A DNA stretch of 64,000 nucleotides from an uncultured Acidobacteriota bacterium (GCA_963788605.1 CAWBHD010000015.1:26739-90738); one strand, 5' to 3'; shown: positions 8,964-20,249, counted from the first letter of the stretch. Program-made: numbers and translations. The notes: generated by a model from the letters alone, not told the origin.

Positions 8964-9707
8964 TTACCTCTTCACTTCATCCCGCTCCACCACCCCGTCC
9001 TTAATATGCACAACCCGGTGCGCGTATTCAGCAATGTCGTGCTCGTGGGTTACAAGCACAATCGTATTGCCCTGTGCCTGCAAACGATCGAGCACGGCCA
9101 TTATTTCGTTTCCGGTCTGCGAGTCCAGGTTGCCGGTTGGTTCATCCGCAAGAATAATCGACGGACGATTCACCAGTGCCCGCGCAATCGCAACTCTCTG
9201 CCGCTGTCCGCCGGAGAGCTCATTGGGCTTGTGCATCATCCGCTGTTCCATGCCCACCGAGGCCAACGCCGCCTTGGCGCGTTCTGTCCGTTCCTCAGCC
9301 GGAACCCCGGCGTAAATCAACGGCAGTTCCACGTTGTGCAGGGCCGTAGCCCGCGCCAAAAGATTGAAAGTCTGAAACACAAACCCAATTTCTTTATTAC
9401 GAATGCGCGCCAGTTCATCATCATCCAGCTCACTGACCTGCTGCTGATTCAGCCAGTACTGCCCCTTGCTCGGAGTGTCCAGACACCCAATTAAATTCAT
9501 CAAAGTCGACTTCCCCGACCCGCTCGGCCCCATGATCGCGACGTACTCGTTGCGGCGGATGTTCAGATTTACCCCGCGCAACGCGTGCACCTGCTGCTCC
9601 GAACCCATGTCATACGTTTTCCACAAATCCAAAGTGCTGATCATAAAGTTCGATGGAGAGGGGGACACTGGGGGTTGGGTGATATTGATTACTTCAGCGG
9701 TGGCCAT
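8964..9707 (-). CDS. ABC transporter ATP-binding protein, MacB/LolD-type
   Basis: ORF 8964..9734 starts at GTG. ATG 9707 with an upstream GGAGAA is preferred. Walker A is GPSGSGKST, the signature is [15 protein letters not shown] and Walker B is [11 protein letters not shown]. Confidence 0.9.
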   Translation of the reverse strand: MATAEVINITQPPVSPSPSNFMISTLDLWKTYDMGSEQQVHALRGVNLNIRRNEYVAIMGPSGSGKSTLMNLIGCLDTPSKGQYWLNQQQVSELDDDELARIRNKEIGFVFQTFNLLARATALHNVELPLIYAGVPAEERTERAKAALASVGMEQRMMHKPNELSGGQRQRVAIARALVNRPSIILADEPTGNLDSQTGNEIMAVLDRLQAQGNTIVLVTHEHDIAEYAHRVVHIKDGVVERDEVKR

Positions 9708-9814
9708 GGTTTTCTCCGTTTCCTCTTCGGACACTTGCCCGCGCTCCGATCTTTCCCTGCTGCCTTCGCCGGCTGTCCATTGGACGGGCCATGGGCGTGA
9801 AGGTTAGAGCCTTT

Positions 9815-11203
9815 CTAACTGCCTGTTTCTTCTTCTTTCTTGGGGGCGGCGTTGTCTATTTTTACGCTGCTGCCCGGGCGCAGTGTGCGCAAAACTTTGT
9901 AGCTGCCGGTTACGATCTCGTCGCCTTCCTGTAGTCCTTTTATCACTTCGATGTCGGTGGTACCTGCGATCCCCGTGTCCACGGGGACGAATTCAGCTTT
10001 ACGATTCCGCAGTATGAATACGCCCTGGATCTCCTGCTTGTCGTTACTCTTGGCAAGATCTTTCTGGGGCGCGGCGGCCTGCACTGAGCCCTTATCATTT
10101 TCGGGGACCAGGTCAGCAGGACGGCGAACCGTCAACGCCTGAATTGGGATGGTGAGCGCGTTTCCTCGGGTCGCGGTCGTGATCTTCGCCGTGGTCGAAA
10201 GACCGGGGCGAAGATCCTGCGGCGGGTCCTGCAAGGTTACGACGACTTTAAAGTCCTTGGCCTCCTGGCTGCTGGTTACCTGTTGCGAGGTGGAGACGCC
10301 AGTTGAGCGCACGATTGCATTATTGCCGATCTCCGTCACCACCGCCTTGAATATTTTTTTCGGGATGGCATCGATCGTGACCTGCGCCTGCTGGCCCATC
10401 TGCACATTCACGATGTCGGTCTCATCGACTTTCACCTCGGCGGTGATCACGGACATATCGGCCAGCGTCATCAGCGTGCTGCCCGGCGAATTCTGGATTC
10501 CAATGACCACGGTCTCACCTTCGCGCACTGGCAAATTTGTGATCACGCCGTCGAACGGAGCCTGGTAGGTCGTCTTCTTCAAAACGTCGGTGGCATGAGT
10601 CAGATTGGCGCCCGCCTGTCCGATGCGGCGATCGGCGGAATCCTTCTGCGCCTTGGCTTGCGCCACTCGCGCCTCCGCCTGCGCCAGCCCTGCTACAGCG
10701 GTTTGGTGGGCCGCTTTTTGCATGTCGTAGTCCGACTTGGCAATCAACGCATCTTTGTACAAACCCTGAGCGCGGCTCCAGTCGAGTTCGGAGCGCTCCG
10801 CATCAGATTTCGCCCGGTTGAGATCAGCCATCGCGGTATTCAGCGCTGCCCCGGCCGCCAGCGCATCGGTCCGCGCGGCTTCAAGTGAGGCTTGCATCGC
10901 ACTCATGTCCGCCTCAGGCTGCACATTTTCGAGCTGTGCCAGCATCTGTCCCTGCTTTACCCGGTCGCCTTCTTTGACGTACAGCTTGATGATCTTGCCA
11001 AAAGCGTTCGCCCCGATATTCACATACGTCTTGGGCTTGATCTCACCCGACGCGCTCACCACCGCAACCAGATCCATGCGCTGCGCCTTGCCGGTCTGCA
11101 CCGTGACTACACCTTTGTGGCTCTGGTAAACAGAAATACTGGCAATGGCAGCGAGCGCCACTACCGCTCCAACTCCAATCGCAATTTTTTTCCACGTGCT
11201 CAT
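9815..11203 (-). CDS. efflux transporter periplasmic adaptor (HlyD/MacA family)
   Basis: 462-aa ORF with an N-terminal TM helix, a long coiled-coil segment (AAGAALNTAMADLNRAKSDAERSELDWSRAQ...) and a beta-barrel domain. It lies directly upstream of the MacB-type ATPase. Confidence 0.85.
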   Translation of the reverse strand: MSTWKKIAIGVGAVVALAAIASISVYQSHKGVVTVQTGKAQRMDLVAVVSASGEIKPKTYVNIGANAFGKIIKLYVKEGDRVKQGQMLAQLENVQPEADMSAMQASLEAARTDALAAGAALNTAMADLNRAKSDAERSELDWSRAQGLYKDALIAKSDYDMQKAAHQTAVAGLAQAEARVAQAKAQKDSADRRIGQAGANLTHATDVLKKTTYQAPFDGVITNLPVREGETVVIGIQNSPGSTLMTLADMSVITAEVKVDETDIVNVQMGQQAQVTIDAIPKKIFKAVVTEIGNNAIVRSTGVSTSQQVTSSQEAKDFKVVVTLQDPPQDLRPGLSTTAKITTATRGNALTIPIQALTVRRPADLVPENDKGSVQAAAPQKDLAKSNDKQEIQGVFILRNRKAEFVPVDTGIAGTTDIEVIKGLQEGDEIVTGSYKVLRTLRPGSSVKIDNAAPKKEEETGS

Positions 11204-11517
11204 TGCGCCCCTGATAAGTGCTTGAACGGCCTGCCGGGAACCTCTTGCGCTTCATCACATCCGCCCTTCCCTGGACAGTCCGCCGCCCGCAGGAGGCACG
11301 TCCTCAGATACGGCTCTCCCCAGGCAAAAGTTCCCCTCTACGGAAACGACTGACAAATGTCAGGAAAGCCAGTGATTCCACAGGCCGACAGTTGATTATA
11401 GCTTGCCGGGGAAGCCAGGGAAGTGCCCGAGTGAGGACGCGGATGGCCCCACGGCTACGCCGCCAACCTGCGCCGCCGCTGGCGCGCATTCCGTTCGTCT
11501 CGGCCTCCATCCCTAGT

Positions 11518-11688
11518 CTGTCATCCCGAGTGGAGCATGAGCGTCCGAAGGACGGTCATGCGGAGTCGAGGGACCCCGCGTCGGCCGGTACCCGGCAAGA
11601 AACCGCAGGGAGGTTTCCGCAAAACTCGCGAGCGAGTCCATTCACTCCGCTCAAGATGACAGCTTGGGCGAGTGGCTCACGATGACAG
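11518..11688. repeat. palindromic REP/MITE-like element with CTGTCATCCCGAG termini
   Basis: Left end is CTGTCATCCCGAG (11518-11530). The inverted ends are CTCAAGATGACAG (11650-11662) and CTCACGATGACAG (11676-11688). It is related to the elements at 29231-29263 and 63601-63712. Confidence 0.6.
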
Positions 11689-11733
11689 GGTGTAGTGATA
11701 CACGACCCGTGACGCGGGCCGGTATCGAACGTG

Positions 11734-12948
11734 CTAGGGTGCGATCGCGAACACTGAACCGTAGCCGTTTCCGCCTCCAAACCCGGCAGTGCCGTAGAGG
11801 AGTCCCTGCGGACCGGTGATCAACCCCGCCAGCGGTGCGTTTCCCTCCGTCGGACCGAAGGAATGGAGTACGGTTTCGGCCCAGGTACCGCCAGACTGCG
11901 AAAGCTTGAAGATGACGCCAACGAAGTGGTCCCCACCCTCCTCAGTCGTCCCATAGAGATTCCCTGCTGAATCAAAGATCACGCCGCCGAGAGGCGTCGC
12001 CCCGTCGCCATTCATGAAGTCGTGGAGGGTTGTAAAATTCCAGCTTCCGTTGGAGGGCGTGAGTTCGAAAACGGTACCGAAAGCATCGCTGCTGGAAGCG
12101 GTGCCGTAGAGGTTCCCAGACTTGTCGAAAATCAGCCCGCTGGTGGGAAAGGCGCCGTCATTGCTATCGAAGAAGGTCCAGAGCACGGTTTCAGTCCAGT
12201 TTCCGTTAGTGGAGGGTGTCAGTTCAAAGACGACGCCATCGTCGTAACCGGCACCACCGTCGCTGGCTGTGCCGTAAAGATTTCCTGCCGAGTCCCATAT
12301 GAGATCGCCCATGGGGGCTCCGCCGTCGGCGCCGCCGGTGAAGTTGTAAATCACTGACTCCTTCCATTTCTTGCCAGAGGGTTTCAATTCAAATACGCCG
12401 CCTTGCGAAAAACGGGTGCCTCCAAAGCTGCCGGTGCCGTACAGGTTGCCGTTCGAGTCAAAAGTCACGGCTGCCAAAGGAGCGCTCACGTCATCGGAAG
12501 TCGCACCGAAGCTGTAGAGAATTTTTTCCTTCCAGCGGCTTCCCGACGGGGAGAGTTCAAATACGGTTCCAAGGCCGTAGGCGCCTCCACGTTCCGTGGT
12601 TCCGTAAAGGTTGCCGGAAGCATCGAGAATCACGCTTCCCAGTGGAAATTGGCCGTCCGTACCATTGAATTGATGGAGGACGCTGTAGCTCCACTTCCCG
12701 TTGGATGCAGGGGTGAGCATGAACACCGTGCCCGAACTACCCGGTCCGGAACTGGCGACGGTGGTTCCGTAAAGATTTCCCGCCGAATCGGCAACCAGAG
12801 CCGCTTCAGGATGTGAAGCTGGGTTGTTCAGGAATTTGTGGAGAACATGATATTTTCTTGCGGCCTGGGCCGGTTGCGCCAACATTAGCGTGGCGGCGAT
12901 GGCGACTAAGGCGTAACTCAACGCAGGGCGAACACTTTCCCATTTCAT
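11734..12948 (-). CDS. secreted tandem-repeat protein, GloVer-type (choice-of-anchor) repeats
   Basis: ORF 11734..13107. ATG at 12948 has an AAGGAG Shine-Dalgarno and gives the signal peptide MKWESVRPALSYALVAIAATLMLAQPAQA. There are about 8 repeats of the form GNLYGTT..GG..G.GTVFEL.PS. Confidence 0.85.
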   Translation of the reverse strand: MKWESVRPALSYALVAIAATLMLAQPAQAARKYHVLHKFLNNPASHPEAALVADSAGNLYGTTVASSGPGSSGTVFMLTPASNGKWSYSVLHQFNGTDGQFPLGSVILDASGNLYGTTERGGAYGLGTVFELSPSGSRWKEKILYSFGATSDDVSAPLAAVTFDSNGNLYGTGSFGGTRFSQGGVFELKPSGKKWKESVIYNFTGGADGGAPMGDLIWDSAGNLYGTASDGGAGYDDGVVFELTPSTNGNWTETVLWTFFDSNDGAFPTSGLIFDKSGNLYGTASSSDAFGTVFELTPSNGSWNFTTLHDFMNGDGATPLGGVIFDSAGNLYGTTEEGGDHFVGVIFKLSQSGGTWAETVLHSFGPTEGNAPLAGLITGPQGLLYGTAGFGGGNGYGSVFAIAP

Positions 12949-13258
12949 ATGGATTGAACTCCTTAGTGATTTTCCGAAAAGGGGTCTGCCGGGGGTCCGC
13001 GCTCTGAGCAGGAAATTTAGCACCAAAAACCCGGGCACACAACTGCATTTTGCGGGTTCAAAGCATTTCTTGCGTGGCGGATTTGCTTTTGCTCCGATTG
13101 CGGTCACGGTCCGATCTGGGTCGAGAGGGTTCGCAATCGTCCTTTAACCAGTTTGGGTCCACTTCCGTTTCCATCGTTGACATGGGCCGACACCGGGCGT
13201 AGCGTTGCGCCAAGTCAACGCACAGAAGTCGATAGCTCACGCGCACGGGGGGAACGGT

Positions 13259-13717
13259 ATGTTTTCCAAGCTATTCTGGGCGGTGGTGTTTGTGTGTCTG
13301 CTGCTTCAGGCTGCTGTGGCACAGGATCCCACCAAAGTAGAACCGAAGCACTACAAACTGGCCTTCGAAAATGAAGTGGTGCAAGTAGTGGACGTTCACT
13401 ATGGACCGCACGAGAAGTCTGGGATGCACGACCATCCCGGGGGGGTAGTGGTAGTGATCACGGCAGGCCACCTCCGGTTCACCGACCAGAATGGGAAAGT
13501 TACGGAGGTCTTTGCCAAGCCCGGCGAGTCCCGCTGGTTCCCGGCTTTTAAGCACAAAGTCGAAAACCTGGGCGATACCTCGTATAACGCTGTTTACATT
13601 GGGATGAGGGCTAAGTCCGTCGCGGGCAAGGGCGAACCGGAAGGCGGGCAACCCGCTCGGGATGCGATCACGGCAAAGATCCTGGCGGGATTGGCTCAGG
13701 CTCCAGCGAACCGGTAG
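13259..13717 (+). CDS. secreted cupin-domain protein
   Basis: ORF 13205..13717. ATG 13259 gives the signal peptide MFSKLFWAVVFVCLLLQAAVAQ. Cupin-like His motif is GMHDHPGGVVVV. Confidence 0.75.
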   Translation: MFSKLFWAVVFVCLLLQAAVAQDPTKVEPKHYKLAFENEVVQVVDVHYGPHEKSGMHDHPGGVVVVITAGHLRFTDQNGKVTEVFAKPGESRWFPAFKHKVENLGDTSYNAVYIGMRAKSVAGKGEPEGGQPARDAITAKILAGLAQAPANR

Positions 13718-13750
13718 ACATTATTTTGAGCTGAACCGGCGAAAAGCATT

Positions 13751-13780
13751 AACCACAAAGGACACTAAGGTTCACAAAGG
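13751..13780. repeat. 30-nt intergenic repeat (reverse orientation of 1945-1974)
   Basis: AACCACAAAGGACACTAAGGTTCACAAAGG is the exact reverse complement of 1945-1974. Confidence 0.8.
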
Positions 13781-13983
13781 TAAGCACAGAGTCGACTTGC
13801 GCCTGAAATTTTAAGATGCAGGGGTTTAAGACCCGATTCTAGCTTCGCCCCGGCAGGCACCTTCTGAGCGGTTGCCAGCATCCTACAATTTGTTTAGACC
13901 GTGCGGGTTAGCCTTGCCTTCAGGTATCCGAAGACATAGAATGTTAGGCACGAGATAGTGTGTGTGCGAGGAGTACTCCCTCT

Positions 13984-15713
13984 ATGTTCCAGGTAGGCCT
14001 ACGTCTCTATTTTTTTTCTTGGGTTGTGCTGCTGTCCCTTTTTGGACTGAGTGGGGTGGCGGTTGCACAGCAGGAGGGGAAAAAGGCTGGAAGCGATCAG
14101 GCCAGCGCGGCAGGAGCAGGGGCCCAGGAAGCCGATCCACTGAAGCGTCCGATTAGCGATAAACAAAAGAAAGACAACGCCAAAGCGCTGAAGCAGGAAC
14201 TCAGCAAGACCTACAAGAAGTGGCTGGACGAAGACGTGGTTTACATCATCTCGGATGAGGAGCGGAAGGCTTTCAAGCAACTCTCCAACGACGAAGAGCG
14301 CGACCAGTTCATCGAAGCTTTCTGGCAACGGCGCGATCCTACTCCCGATACCGAAGAAAACGAATACAAGGAAGAGCACTACCGCCGCATCGAGTATGCG
14401 AACGAGCACTTCGCTGCCGGAATTCCGGGCTGGAAGAGCGACCGCGGCCAGACCTATATCAAGTTCGGGCCCGCCGACGAGATCGAGTCGCATCCGAGCG
14501 GCGGCACCTACGACCGTCCCATGGAAGAAGGCGGCGGATCGACCTCAACCTTCCCCTTCGAACAGTGGCGCTACCGTTACCTCGAAGGTGTAGGCCAGGA
14601 AGTAATAATCGAGTTTGTGGATTCCTGCATGTGCGGGGATTATCACATGACCATCGACCGCTCGGAAAAAGATGCGCTGCTTTATACGCCGAATGGCGGG
14701 ACCACACTTTACGAGCAGATGGGTATGGCCAGCAAGGCGCAGCGGTTCAACAGTGGGATGGAGAAGCTGGGTCCGGGACCAGGAACGAGTTCGAATCAAA
14801 GCAAGCAGTTCGACCGGTTGGAGCAGTACGCCAAACTGCAGGCTCCGCCGCCGGTAAAGTTCAAGGATCTGGAGGAAGTGGTCAGCCACAAGATCAGCGT
14901 AAACCTGATGCCGTTTGATGTGCGGGCGGATTTTGTGCAAGTGACCGGCGATACCGTGCTGGTTCCGGTCACCATCCAGTTAAAGAACCGCGACATCACT
15001 TTCGCCAACAAGGACGGAGTGCAGCGCGGGGTGGTTAATATTTTCGGGCGGGTTACGACCTTGACCGGGCGGATCGCGCAGACATTCGAAGACACGGTGC
15101 AGGCGATGTTCCGGCAGAGTTGCTGGCCCGGGCGGCGGAGAGTTCGCAGGTGTACTGGAAGGCGATTCCATTGCGGCCGGGACGCTACCGGGTCGACATC
15201 GTGGTAAAAGACGTGAACGGCGACCGGGTGGGTACCTGGAGCAAGGGGATGCAGGTGCCGGATTTCGCGGACGATCGGCTGGAAGCTTCCTCGCTGATCG
15301 TGGCGGACATGATGGAACCGGTGGCGGCGAAGAACGTGGGCACGGGGAGTTTCGTGATTGGCGCGACCAAGGTCCGTCCGCGGGTACCGCCGAGCGATGG
15401 CAAGCCAATGGTGTTCAAGCGCGATCAGAAACTGAATTTCTGGATGCAAGTGTATAACCTGGGAGTGGACGATAAAACGCACAAGCCGTCGGCCACGGTC
15501 GAGTACAATGTGGTCAATGCGGCGACGAATAAGGCCGTGGTTCATGCGGTTGAATCCACGGAGCAGATGGGCAATGTTGGCGACCAAGTGACCCTGCAAA
15601 AAACTCTCTCGGCCGCCAACCTTGGTCCGGGTGTTTATCGCATCCAGATCAAGGTGAACGACAACATTTCCAAGCAGACGGTGGATCCTTCGGCGACGTT
15701 TGCCGTTGAATAA
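13984..15713 (+). pseudogene. GWxTD domain-containing secreted protein; one frame shift as assembled
   Basis: ORFs 13960..15207 and 15120..15713 join as ...FEDTVQ|DVPAELLARAAESSQVYWKAIPLRPGRY... The motif GWKSDRGQTYIKFGPADEIE is present. ATG 13984 follows GAGGAG. The shift is at the GG run 15102-15103. Confidence 0.8.
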
Positions 15714-15735
15714 CAATGGACTGCATGGGTCTCCT

Positions 15736-17430
15736 GTGAGGTGGCTGGTGATACTCCGCAAGCTCGGGTTCTTGGTGCTCGATGCTGGGCCTGGCGCTTC
15801 CGGTGTGGGGTGTGGACAGGCCGGGTAAAATTTCCGGATATGTGCGTGGCGCCAGTGGCATCCCGCAAATGGGAGCCATGGTGGAAGTTCTGGGCGCGGC
15901 GGCGCAGTCGTTCAAAGTGTTCACCGACGAGAACGGCTTTTACGCAGCAGCCGGGCTGGTGCCGGGAGTTTACAATCTCAGGGTTTCCGCTCCCGCCTTT
16001 CTTCCCGCCTTGCGGGACACATCGGACTGCATGCCGGTGGCAATGCGGTGGTGAACGTCACGTTGAGTAGTCTGTTTGAAGCCATCCAGATAGCTCCGGG
16101 ACGCGGCCTGGTCGAGGACGATGACTGGAAGTGGGTGTTGCGCTCGGTATCGAACCGTCCCATCCTGCGGATGGTGGACGATCACACGCAGGCTCTGATT
16201 GCCGAGTCCGCAAACCGCGATCGCGATCTCAAGGGGACATTGTCGTTTCTGGCGGGTTCACCGTCGAATGGGTTTGGCAGCGCCTCCGACATGACCACCG
16301 CCTTCTCCATGGAGAAGTCGATCTTCTCCTCCGATACGATTGGCTTGCGGGGCAACGTTGGATACGGGAGCAGTTCTCCGGCAGCGATTTTGCGGGCTTC
16401 GTTCCAGCACAAGATGGATGACGGATCAGAGCCCGTGATGGCCTTTACCATGCGGAGTTTGCCGGCGCCGGATTTCACGCTGCACAGTTTTCAAGCGATG
16501 GCGCTGACTACGGCTGACGATTTCAGGCTGGGCGATGTTCTGGAACTCAAGTTTGGCAGTGAATTGCAAACCATCCAGTTTCTGGGTAGAGTGACCACCT
16601 TCCGTCCGTTCGGAACGGCTGATTTTCATTTCTCACCGAACACGGTTCTGGAGTATCGCTATGCTACGTCGGAGCCGGATAACCGCACCGACAAAGGCTT
16701 CGAATCAGCGCCCGCGGATCTGAACGAATCCGGACCACGCGTCAGCATGACGGGCTACGACATCGCGGTGGAGCGCGCCCATCACCAGGAAGTTTCTTTC
16801 TCTCACCGCGTGGGCAAGAACAGGCTGCAACTGGCGGCGTACACCGATCGCGTGACCGATCCCGCGCTTACCGGGGTGGGAGAATTCTCCACGCTCGATG
16901 GGAACGTGTTGCCCGATCTTTATTCGGGGACATTTACGTATCAAGGGAGCAACCTGAACACCCGCGGCATGCGGGTGGTGCTGCAACGCCAGTTGACGTC
17001 AGACATGACGGGCACGCTGGATTACGAATACGGCGGAGTCCTGGATTTGGCAAAGCCGAACGTGAACCTGGAAAACGTTTCGCAATCGATGCTGGTGCGG
17101 CAGCGCCAGAGCGTGGCGGGAAAAATCACGGGCGTGGTCCCGAAATCAAAGACTCATTGGATGGCGTCCTATCGCTGGATCAACGGGGAAGCGCTCACTC
17201 CGGTGGATTTGTTCAACGCTTCGGCTGGGCAAGCTGATCCTTATCTGAATCTCTTCATCCGGCAACCGATCCCCGGAACCGGATTCTTCCCTGGCCATAT
17301 CGAAGCCATGGTCGATCTGCGCAATCTCCTGGCGGAGGGATACGTTCCCGTCGTCGGCCATGACGGACGCACGGTTTATCTGGTGCAGTCGGCGCGCGCG
17401 GTGAGGGGCGGAGTGGCTTTCACGTTTTAG
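15736..17430 (+). pseudogene. CarboxypepD_reg-domain protein with C-terminal beta-barrel-like region; two frame shifts as assembled
   Basis: The signal peptide MRWLVILRKLGFLVL (GTG 15736) continues in ORF 15782..16054 (GKISGYVRGASGIPQMGAMVEVL...GVYNLRVSAPAFLPALRD). That continues in ORF 16048..17430 (...HIGLHAGGNAVVNVTLSSLFEAIQ...). The protein ends ...RGGVAFTF. Confidence 0.75.
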
Positions 17431-17627
17431 GAAGTTGTCCCGGAAGGTCAGTGGCAAGAAATCTTTGCAACCTTCAGAGACACATCCTGGAGCCTGTGAC
17501 AACATCTTCTTGAAATCTCCGCACACCGCCCCCTCGACGTCCGGCTTCAGGCACACGGGATGGGTTTGATTTGCGTTTTGCGTGTGGCCATCGCCTCATT
17601 CCTTCCTTTCTGCTCTAGTTCCCAGAA

Positions 17628-18152
17628 TCAAGGTGCATAACGAGTAAAGACAAGGTCGCTCGCTTTGGCCTTCTCATGGCAGGGGAAGCAGGTTTTCATG
17701 AACGCCGCCTCGCCAGGTTTGCCATCTGTGCCGAAGTGAGCGAACCCCCATCCGCCGGTGGCGCCGTATTTGGTTGAGTCCTTGACCATGAATTGAATGT
17801 TCGTGGGGGCGCCGGGAACGAAAGATTGGGCTTGGCCAAAGACTTTGTTGTTTTCGTCCGACGGAACGTGATGGTAATGCAACGCGGCAATGATTGTGCC
17901 GTCCGGGTACGGAAGCTTGCCCTCGCGAAAGGCGTTGAAGGCTACATCGTTGCCCAAGACGGCGCCTAAGCTGTTGAGGTTGCCTGCTTCATGGGCCGAG
18001 GAGATCCACTTCCAGTCACGGTACCCTTGAGGAATTTCGGTAACGAAGATCGGCGCGGATTCCCCATCCGCGTGTCCTGGCGCGGGAGCAAGGAGGGCGG
18101 CAAGGCCGGCCATGGTTGCAACTGTAACCAGGAAGAATGCGAAGTGTTTCAT
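17628..18152 (-). CDS. cytochrome P460 / cytochrome c'-beta family protein
   Basis: ORF 17628..18179. ATG 18152 follows GGAGG and gives a signal peptide. The C-terminal haem motif is CFPCHEKAKASDLVFTRYAP, and there is a MVKDSTKYGATGGWGFAHF block typical of the family. Confidence 0.8.
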   Translation of the reverse strand: MKHFAFFLVTVATMAGLAALLAPAPGHADGESAPIFVTEIPQGYRDWKWISSAHEAGNLNSLGAVLGNDVAFNAFREGKLPYPDGTIIAALHYHHVPSDENNKVFGQAQSFVPGAPTNIQFMVKDSTKYGATGGWGFAHFGTDGKPGEAAFMKTCFPCHEKAKASDLVFTRYAP

Positions 18153-18390
18153 AAGGGTTCCTCCATTCAATTTGTGCAAGTCACCTCCTGTCGAACCCGA
18201 AACGGTCTCAACGATTCAAGACTATGACAGGGCATGAAAGGCGAAGCGATGCTGCCCATACAAGAACACATTACTGGCAAAAAGTTGCTTGCATTTAGCA
18301 CTATTTTCGACGCGCATGGAGGGCTCGGTCCCGAAGCGTCGCAGAAGCCAACCCAATGGCTGGCGTAATCAGATGGGATGAAAGAGCGGC

Positions 18391-19470
18391 TTACTTGCTG
18401 GGTGTCTGCTGCTGGGAATTCTTCAAGGCGGCCTCAATCTTGGACACCACCTGTCGGGTGGGCTCTGCCAGAGGGCCATTGGGGGCCAATCGCAACGATT
18501 CCTTGAATTCACGCAGGGCACCGGCGGCATCTTGCTTACGTAATAAGATGTTGCCCAGCAATACGTGGCCTTCGGCTATGTCTGGTGCCAACTGCACCGC
18601 TTTTTGCGCGTGGGGATCGGCATCCTGCCAACGATTCAGCCCACAGTAGGTGCGGGCCAGTTGTAACTGAACATCAGCGGAATCAGGATTGAGTTCAGCA
18701 GCCTTTAGCAGAGGGGTTTCGGCTTCGGCGAATTTTCCCTGCTGGTTATCGAGTGCTCCCAGTGCGAGATAGGCAGCCGTGTACTTGGGATCAATTTCTA
18801 TCGCTCTATCGAGCGCGGAAGAAGCGTCGCTCCACTTATTCTGATGGCCATAGGCGATGCCCATCAACAAATACGCTTCGGCGTATTTGGGATATTCCTG
18901 AGCGGCTTTCTGCAAGAACTGGATTCCCCTGTCGAGGTCCTGACCATTTTCGAGAAGCTCCTTCCCGGCGGATAGATCCTTGCGAGCTTGGGCGGGGATT
19001 GCGAACTCACCCACCGATATCGTCGCCTCCGGATGGGCGGGCAGCACGGCGTCCTCCGGACCCCGGTGCTTCATAATGGATTCGATTTTGGCAGCGATCG
19101 TGGTAGCGATTCGCCGCTCAGAAGCGCTGTTCGCTTGATTCCAAGCTTGCGTGTCGCTCTTCAGGAAGGGGCTCGAGGTAATAGACACGACAATGAGACA
19201 GTGGTTGGGATTGGGATTTTTCTTCTTCTTATCCCAGGTATCCTCGGAGACCACTTCAACGTTAAAGCAGGCGTCCCCGGACCTGCTAGTACGGCAACCG
19301 CCTTCCACCATCCGATGGGCATCGTCCCACTTCACAGCCTCGGGAAGCGCTAATTTCATGTCCTGATAGCATTGATCTACTGGCTCTTTAACGCTCGCCC
19401 ATTCTTCGGCGCGTGCTGTTTTGCCAAGTGACACAATGAGCAAAGCGCCTGTCACTAGAACTTGCCGCAT
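18391..19470 (-). CDS. secreted TPR-repeat protein
   Basis: 359-aa ORF with a signal peptide, a Cys-containing N-terminal domain and several TPR units (AEAYLLMGIAYGHQNKWSDASSALDRAIEIDPKYTAAYLALG...). Confidence 0.85.
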   Translation of the reverse strand: MRQVLVTGALLIVSLGKTARAEEWASVKEPVDQCYQDMKLALPEAVKWDDAHRMVEGGCRTSRSGDACFNVEVVSEDTWDKKKKNPNPNHCLIVVSITSSPFLKSDTQAWNQANSASERRIATTIAAKIESIMKHRGPEDAVLPAHPEATISVGEFAIPAQARKDLSAGKELLENGQDLDRGIQFLQKAAQEYPKYAEAYLLMGIAYGHQNKWSDASSALDRAIEIDPKYTAAYLALGALDNQQGKFAEAETPLLKAAELNPDSADVQLQLARTYCGLNRWQDADPHAQKAVQLAPDIAEGHVLLGNILLRKQDAAGALREFKESLRLAPNGPLAEPTRQVVSKIEAALKNSQQQTPSK

Positions 19471-20249
19471 AATGTGTCCCCTTTCCCTCCCTCATCTCAG
19501 CCTCTTGGGGGCCGTTTCCTCTCTGCCGTTGCTGACCCGCTTGCCAATAATACTCGTGTTGCGTGGAGGCACAGTGATCCCAGTCATATTTCGCAAGATC
19601 GCGGGTCAGTTGTTGAAATCAGTTGTCGAAACCAGCGGCTACACTCAAAACCCCAGGCTCAGGGTCAATGAGCGATATAGAGATTTTACGCCAACTGACA
19701 CTCCGTGATCGAAGTTCGGTAGTGGGTCAAGCACAGCCTCCCTGTTGGGTCACGCTGAACGCCCGAGTGAAGTGTGCACACCCATTGTCTGACACTGGTG
19801 CAATGGTTTTGAACAGTCACCGGGTTTGCCACCGCTGTAGATCTCTTGCGATCTCGTACCCGCGCCTCGCTGTTCCCCGATCAGGCAGCTCCACACATGG
19901 GAACAATCCACAATCCATGGACTCGACCGGAACGCCGATGCGGCGATCGGATTGGGAGCGGTGCGTGGAGATAGATGGCGACCCATGCATCGGCCCCTCA
20001 GAGCGAGGACTACCTGGCGTGCTGGACATTTGGCGAACCAACCAACGGCTGGATGAAGGCTGCCGACGGAAGCTTACGGCCATCGGTTGGACCTCGACGA
20101 GGAGTCGGATTACAGCCCCATCATCGGGTACCTCGTGGTGTCGGTGCCATTATGCTCAATGCGGGCAACCGGACGACCAGGGTAAAGTTACGTGCTATCG
20201 TGAGGCCAGCGACGGGATGGAGGGTCTTGACGGAGACGCCGACCACGGC

